Assembly: GCA_951406725.2 (NCBI GenBank)
Contig: OX597824.1
Span: forward strand, 15,624,001 to 15,688,000
From: Octopus vulgaris
Taxonomy: Eukaryota
Direction of reading: 5' to 3'
DNA length: 64,000 nucleotides
Made by a program: the position numbers and the translations under genes
Notes under the pieces: generated by a model
What the model was told of the DNA's origin: nothing
What the model saw: the letters and a program-made list of their open reading frames with translations, nothing else
Databases searched by the model: none
Part shown: piece by piece, positions 57,030 to 64,000 of the stretch
Position numbering within the stretch: position 1 is the stretch's first letter
How the letters are laid out: the number at the start of each line of letters is the position of its first letter

Positions 57030-57985
57030 CCGCAACCACTACCACCACCACCACCACCATTGCCGCCATCACCGCCACCACCGCTGCCACCACCACTACC
57101 ACCATAGCCACGACTACAACCATAGCCGCCACTCCACTACCGCCACCACCGCCACCAAAACTACCACCACCACAGCCACCACCACCACCACCACCACCAC
57201 CACCACCACCACCAAATCCACCACCACTACCGCCACCACAACCACCACCGAAAACATCACCACAGCCTCCACCACTACAACCACGACTACCACCACTACT
57301 GCCACCAAAACCACCACCACAACCACCACCACAGCAACCACCACTACAGCCACAACTACCACCACCACCACCACCACAAAAAGCACCAACGCAGCCACCA
57401 CTACTATAGCCACAACTACCACCACAGCCACCACAGCCACCACAGCCACCAAAACCACCACCACCACCACCAAAACCACCACCACTACAGCTACCACCAC
57501 AACTACCACCACAACTACCACCAGCAGCAGCACCACCACCACCACTACCACCATTACCACCACAACTACCTACAACAGCCAGCATCAACACATACAACAA
57601 CAACCATCCCAACCATTACCAAGCCTACCACAACCATCAGAACCCTATTACAACCACCACTACCACTGAAATCGCCACTGTTATCACTACCATACCATCT
57701 GCATTCCCCCCACCCCACCCCTCTTGCCACTAGTAACATTATGAATATCAGCAACGGCACACTACTAAACCCCTTCTGATACCATACCAACTACAACTAC
57801 CACCAGCATCACCACTGGCACCAACACCACTTACACCATCCTCCGCTACAAAAAAAAACAAAACATTATTACTACTGTCACTACCGCCACCACTACAACC
57901 ACTATACCACCGGCAACACCAATATTGCCACCACCATCATCACCACCACCACCACCACCACCACCACCACCACCACCACCACCGA
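57030..57985. repeat. Degenerate (CCA)n low-complexity region
   Basis: Read directly from the sequence; gives Gly-rich and Val-rich pseudo-ORFs. Confidence 0.9.
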
Positions 57986-57991
57986 TTATGA

Positions 57992-58388
57992 TAATCCTTT
58001 CTACTAAAGGCACAAGGCCTGAAATTTTTGGGGGGTTGGGGTGTTAAGTCGAAGTAATGGACCGCAGTGTTCAACTGGTACTTATTTTATCGTTCCCGAA
58101 AAGGTGAAAGGCTAAGTCAACCTCGGCGGGGTTCGAACTCATGTGCTCGCCACCTAAACAACTGTAATAATGGTTTCAAATTTTGCTACAAGGGCAGCAA
58201 TTTTGGGGGGGTGGAGATGAGTCGATTACATCGACCCCAGTGTTCAACTGGTACTCAATTTATCGACTCCGAAAGGATAAAAGGAAAAGTCGACCCCGGC
58301 GGAATTTGAACTCAGAACGTAAAATACGCAAGGAACGCCGCTAAGCAGTTTGTTCAGCGTGCTTAACGATTATGCCAGCTCGCCACCT
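57992..58388 (-). mobile_element. Two diverged SINE-B copies
   Basis: Two reverse B cores, at about 58070-58140 and 58250-58320. Confidence 0.75.
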
Positions 58389-58411
58389 TAATAATAATAA
58401 TAATGATAATA

Positions 58412-58482
<71 letters not shown>

Positions 58483-58965
58483 AATAATTATAATAATAAT
58501 AGCAGTGCACAAGTACCACCATTGCCAATACCGATACTAATTCAAGAACTACCACCGCGACCGCCACCACCATTACCACCATTATCATACCACTACTACC
58601 ATCATTACCATCACTACCACCATCATTACCACCACTACTACTGCCATCACCTCCACCATTGTCACCACTACCACCGCGACTGCCACCACCATCAGCATTA
58701 TTATTACCACCACCACCACCACCACCACCTCCAACATCACCATCACCACTATCATTACCGTCACCACCACCACCATCACCAAGAACAACAACAACAACGA
58801 CAACGTCCCTAACAAGCACCCCCTACAATAACCATCACCATCACCATCACAAACATACCTCCTTAAAATCATCTTTTACAACCACCACTACTACCATCGC
58901 CACCACCACCACCACCACACCACCACCACCGCCACCACCACCACCACCACAACCACCACCTCACA
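58389..58965. repeat. (AAT)n/(GAT)n followed by degenerate (CCA)n
   Basis: Read directly from the sequence. Confidence 0.9.
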
Positions 58966-59011
58966 ACGTCTCGCACGCACAAATATCAGCAAACACATCA
59001 CATGTGCACAA

Positions 59012-59062
<51 letters not shown>

Positions 59063-59500
59063 CACAACGCATACACTGACGCATACCAAGAAGCCATGTT
59101 GATTTTATGGTCTTTAGAAAACCATTTAATCACGAATTGGGAAATCAATTATCTTCCATTTCGTTTATTCTTTATTTATTCGTTCACTTACTGGACTGAG
59201 ACCGGGTATGCACACATACACACATGCACGCACGTACGCACACACATATACACACGCACGCACGCGCCCGCACGCGCACGCACGTGTAAACACATACCGG
59301 TGAACTATCTTCTGTATATAAATGTGAGCAGTCATACATACGTATATGTACACATATAAACACACACACACACACACACATACACACATACACACATACA
59401 TATATGTTTGTGTATACATATATGTACATATATATTATAAATATATATTCTGTAATGCGGAATATGTATTTATATATATGTGTATATGTGTATATATATG

Positions 59501-59814
<314 letters not shown>

Positions 59815-60000
59815 TATATATATATATATATATATATATTCTGTAACGCAGAATATATATGCATATATATGTATATATATATATATGTGTGTGTATGTGT
59901 GTGTGTGTTTGTGTGTATGTGTGTGTGTATGTATGTATGTATGTATGTATCTATATATATATATATATAAATATATGTATATATTGTTATCGAATGACGA

Positions 60001-60190
60001 AAGCGTGGCTGTGTGCTAAGAAGCTTCCTTCTCGACCCCATGGTACAGGGTTTCAGTCCCATTGCGTGGTACCAGGATTTAAAATTAACAAGCACTGGCT
60101 TTAAAAATAAGTACATTCGACGAAAAATTTTTGAAGGCGATGCTCCGTCATGGCCGCAGTCTAATGACTAAAACAAGTAAAAGAAAAGAT
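60001..60190 (+). mobile_element. SINE family A, internally deleted and diverged
   Basis: Head GTGGCTGTGTG...TTTCAGTCCCA joined to the 3' end GGCGATGCTCC...AAACAAGTAAAAGA. Confidence 0.7.
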
Positions 60191-60666
60191 AGAAAAAGGT
60201 ATATACATTGCTATGCCAACTATCGGTCCCTTCCTTGATTATAAAACTTCCCTTGTATAATATGCAGGGATATTGCATTTAAATAATGGATCTACAAATG
60301 CAATATCCCTGCATATCTCACATCTATTTTCATTCCTCCACATCACACTCTCTATTTCGTATCTTATCTAAATTGCTAAACCATTTTCTTACACCGTCTC
60401 CGGAAACAGCTGTAAGACCTTCTATCTATAGATGTTCTAAAATCTACTCAACCTTGGTTTTTTTTATCTCATTCGGAAAAAAAAAATTATATATATATAC
60501 ATGCTGATATATGACCTACTTTGGACTCCTAATTCGCATAATCACCGAACCTGGTGCTTAACTATGGTCTATCTATAGCACTTATTCAGCATTACCTGAC
60601 ACACTTCGGTGTTATTGACACCATTACCTCTCATAGCCATAACTCTCCTCTCTCTCTCCCTATATA

Positions 60667-60905
60667 AGCGGAGGGGTGGCTGTGTGGTAAGTAGCCTGCT
60701 TCGCAACCACATGGCACCGGGTTCAGCCTTGTGAGTGAATTTGGTTGACGGAAACTGAAAGAAGCTTGTCGTATATATATCGCTGGACAGCCGATGTTGG
60801 TGTGTTTATGTCCTAAGTATTAGGCTTACAAAGAAAAGTCTTGGGGTCCATTTGTTCGCCTAAAAGGCGGTGCTCCAGCATGTCTGCAGTTAAGTGACTG
60901 AAACA
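60667..60905 (+). mobile_element. SINE family A with multiple internal deletions
   Basis: Colinear SINE-A blocks with several gaps. Confidence 0.78.
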
Positions 60906-60927
60906 TATATATCTATCTATCTATCTA

Positions 60928-60965
<38 letters not shown>

Positions 60966-60967
60966 TT

Positions 60968-61016
<49 letters not shown>

Positions 61017-61057
61017 TGATAATAATAATAATAATAATTATAATAATAATAATAACG

Positions 61058-61109
<52 letters not shown>

Positions 61110-61150
61110 TGATAATAATAATAATAATAATTATAATAATAATAATAACG

Positions 61151-61204
<54 letters not shown>

Positions 61205-61557
61205 TGATATGACATAAGTATTTTTATGTTATATTTGATATCATTAACGTTAATTTGTTTTCTGGCTTGTGTGTATATCAAACTCCCGTAATAGCTGTTC
61301 ACGCATGATGTAACGACGGCACACAAAATGAAGATATAAATATAAGACATTTTTCTGGCTTCTGCATTTATATGCATATCTTTCTATTTGAAACTGAAGA
61401 ATAAAGAGATTTTCTGATTTAAATGATTGATGAGATCACTTAAGATCGAAAAACGTCAGTACAATTGTATTATCATTATTACTATGATATATATATATAT
61501 ATATATATATATATGGAATAGATTGAATACAATTCTGTAATTGGGTCATTATTATTA

Positions 61558-61642
<85 letters not shown>

Positions 61643-61658
61643 CATTATTATTAGTATT

Positions 61659-61872
61659 GGCGAGCTAGCAGAATCGTTAGCATTCTGGACGAAATGCTTA
61701 GCGGTATTCCGCCCGTCGGTCGCTACGTTCTAATTTTAAATTCCACCGAGGTCGACGTTGTCTTTTATCCTTTCGAGATCGATAAATCAAGTACCAGGGA
61801 AGCACTGGGGTTGATATGATCGCCTCATCCACTTCACCAAAATGGCTGCCCTTTTGGCAAAATTTGGAACCA
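61659..61872 (+). mobile_element. SINE family B, diverged
   Basis: GGCGAGCTAGCAGAATCGTTAGCA head and B core. Confidence 0.78.
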
Positions 61873-61952
61873 TTATTATTATAATCATCATCATCATCAT
61901 CATCATCACTATTATTATTATTATTATTATTTTTCTTCTTCTTCTTCTTCTT

Positions 61953-62053
<101 letters not shown>

Positions 62054-62157
62054 AGTTCGCTTAAGTTTGGTCTTATTCCTAGTAAAATATGTGGATAGCG
62101 GGTTACTACGTAAGACACCCACAAGCTTTCAATTATCCTTCAACTTCTCAAAACCCA

Positions 62158-62227
<70 letters not shown>

Positions 62228-62445
62228 TATAAGAGATTAAAAAAGTTGAGCACTGTCTTGCTGTACGTTGGTGTTCACATGTATATAACTATATAAAAAT
62301 GATTGAAAATCCTTAAAAAAAATTAATCTAAGCCCCTAAAAAATATAAACTTCTGGCAGCGTGTTTTTGCGCTGACAATGTTGTGTCTACAGTGAAAGAA
62401 AAAAATTCCAATATACTTATAGATGTACGAATGTATGTATGTGTA

Positions 62446-62548
<103 letters not shown>

Positions 62549-62715
62549 TTGTTTTGCAAGATTCTTTATGTGAAATCGTGTGTTGAAACACATATTGTTG
62601 TATTTAGGAATGGTCATTTTGCCAGTTTAGCCAATAAAAACACACGTACTATCTATTTATCTATCTATCTATATCTATATTATATCTATATCTTTATCTA
62701 TATGTGTATATATAT

Positions 62716-62748
<33 letters not shown>

Positions 62749-63128
62749 TATATATATATACATATATATAAATTTCGCTGAGTACATTCATTACAGCCAT
62801 TCAAAATATTTGGTTTGAAAGAAAGAAAAGGGAAAAAAGATAGGATAAGAAAACAGAAACTAACTGATTTAAGAACTTATCTGATTTCCATGAATAATTA
62901 AAGTTCAATATAACACTGATAAATTCACTTAATATCCAAATACATATGTAATTGGAATTTTATTATAATGATTAATACGAAATAAATACGGATTAAACGT
63001 GATTCCACAGTTGCAATATAATTATTATTATAATTGCTACAGAGTATGTAAATATGAAATAGATTCTTTCTCCTTGGGAATAAGAGCGGATGGACCAACC
63101 GAAGAGAAACTTTTCCCATGTGTATGCA

Positions 63129-63173
<45 letters not shown>

Positions 63174-63490
63174 AGAAAACGAATGGGACTTTGCTTACAT
63201 CCACAATGTTTGAAGCAAACCACAATACGCTTCCATTCAATTACATACATAGTTACATGCATTTAGACATGTATGGATGCATAAATACACAAACACACAT
63301 AAGGTATATATATGTGTGTGTATGTATTTACAAACCAAACAGAAAATGAACGCAATGTGCCAGGTAGAATACGTAAGTACACACACACACAAATATAATA
63401 CCTCTTAAAATGCATAACAAGTAAGCATTGAGTTAGAAGCTCATATGTTGCATTACATTACAAAACAGATGCCTGGGAAAAATCTTTGTA

Positions 63491-63874
63491 CTATTAAGAG
63501 CAAAACGCCCCCCGTCCAATGGACGGTGCTGAGTTGCCAAACATTTAAACCAAATTTTCTCAAAACAACTTGTCCGACCGTCCCATAGGCCTCCCCTTTG
63601 ACAAATACTGATTTAACCTAAATTTGAGACACCAGTAAAAGAAGAAATAAAGATAGACTTTTTTCTATTCCAAGAAAAACGATTTTACAAATGCACGTTC
63701 CCACGGCTTTATCGATCGCATTCTCTCCTGGAATCAATTTTTGTAATTTTTTCAAGACTTATACACGCTCTGATACCATCGGTATCTACATATCAAATTT
63801 GAGCGCAATCGGATGGAGGATGCCCGAGATCCTAGAAGATACACAGACAGACAGAACGGATTTTATATAATAGA
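63491..63874 (-). mobile_element. Non-autonomous Helitron
   Basis: Minus strand begins A|TCTATTATATAAAA + (TGTC)n; subterminal hairpin CCGTCC-ATT-GGACGG; ends ATAG|T (degenerate CTAG); A|T target. Confidence 0.65.
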
Positions 63875-64000
63875 TAGGGAAATTATAAGTTACTGATTTG
63901 CTAGCTGTAATCGTCAGAGATTATGGACACGGTGTATAAAATTTGAAAATTTAAGTTGAAATTATTTTCTCAGAACATCCTCACACGTGTTTCTTTGACA

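Noticed and set aside
56944-57612. 222-aa ORF with a signal-peptide-like start and a Gly/Cys-rich body
   Set aside because: The listed start codon is TTG. The ORF lies in a degenerate (GGT)n tract where this frame is stop-free by composition, and it slips into poly-Val. Transcript or proteomic evidence would be needed.

Overview
AT-rich eukaryotic non-coding DNA dense in microsatellites ((TA)n, (CA)n, (GA)n, (TATC)n, (TAA)n, (CCA)n, (TTTC)n). It is probably intronic or intergenic. The repeat landscape looks like that of an octopus (coleoid cephalopod) genome; this is inferred from recognition, not verified. No intact protein-coding gene is supported, and almost all listed ORFs are microsatellite translations. 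Recognisable content: more than 30 copies or fragments of about four tRNA-derived SINE families, some nested and some with 16-bp TSDs; a dead RTE-like LINE fragment with a 5' inversion; non-autonomous Helitrons and a Helentron-type HINE; three clustered piggyBac-type MITEs; a probable Tigger-like relic; and a non-coding insert in a (TAA)n array. The most notable signal is a set of short inserts in (TA)n-rich sequence carrying minimal hammerhead-ribozyme-like motifs with palindromic stem III and non-canonical cores, of the type known from Penelope-like elements. One sits inside a perfect 210-bp spacerless palindrome.
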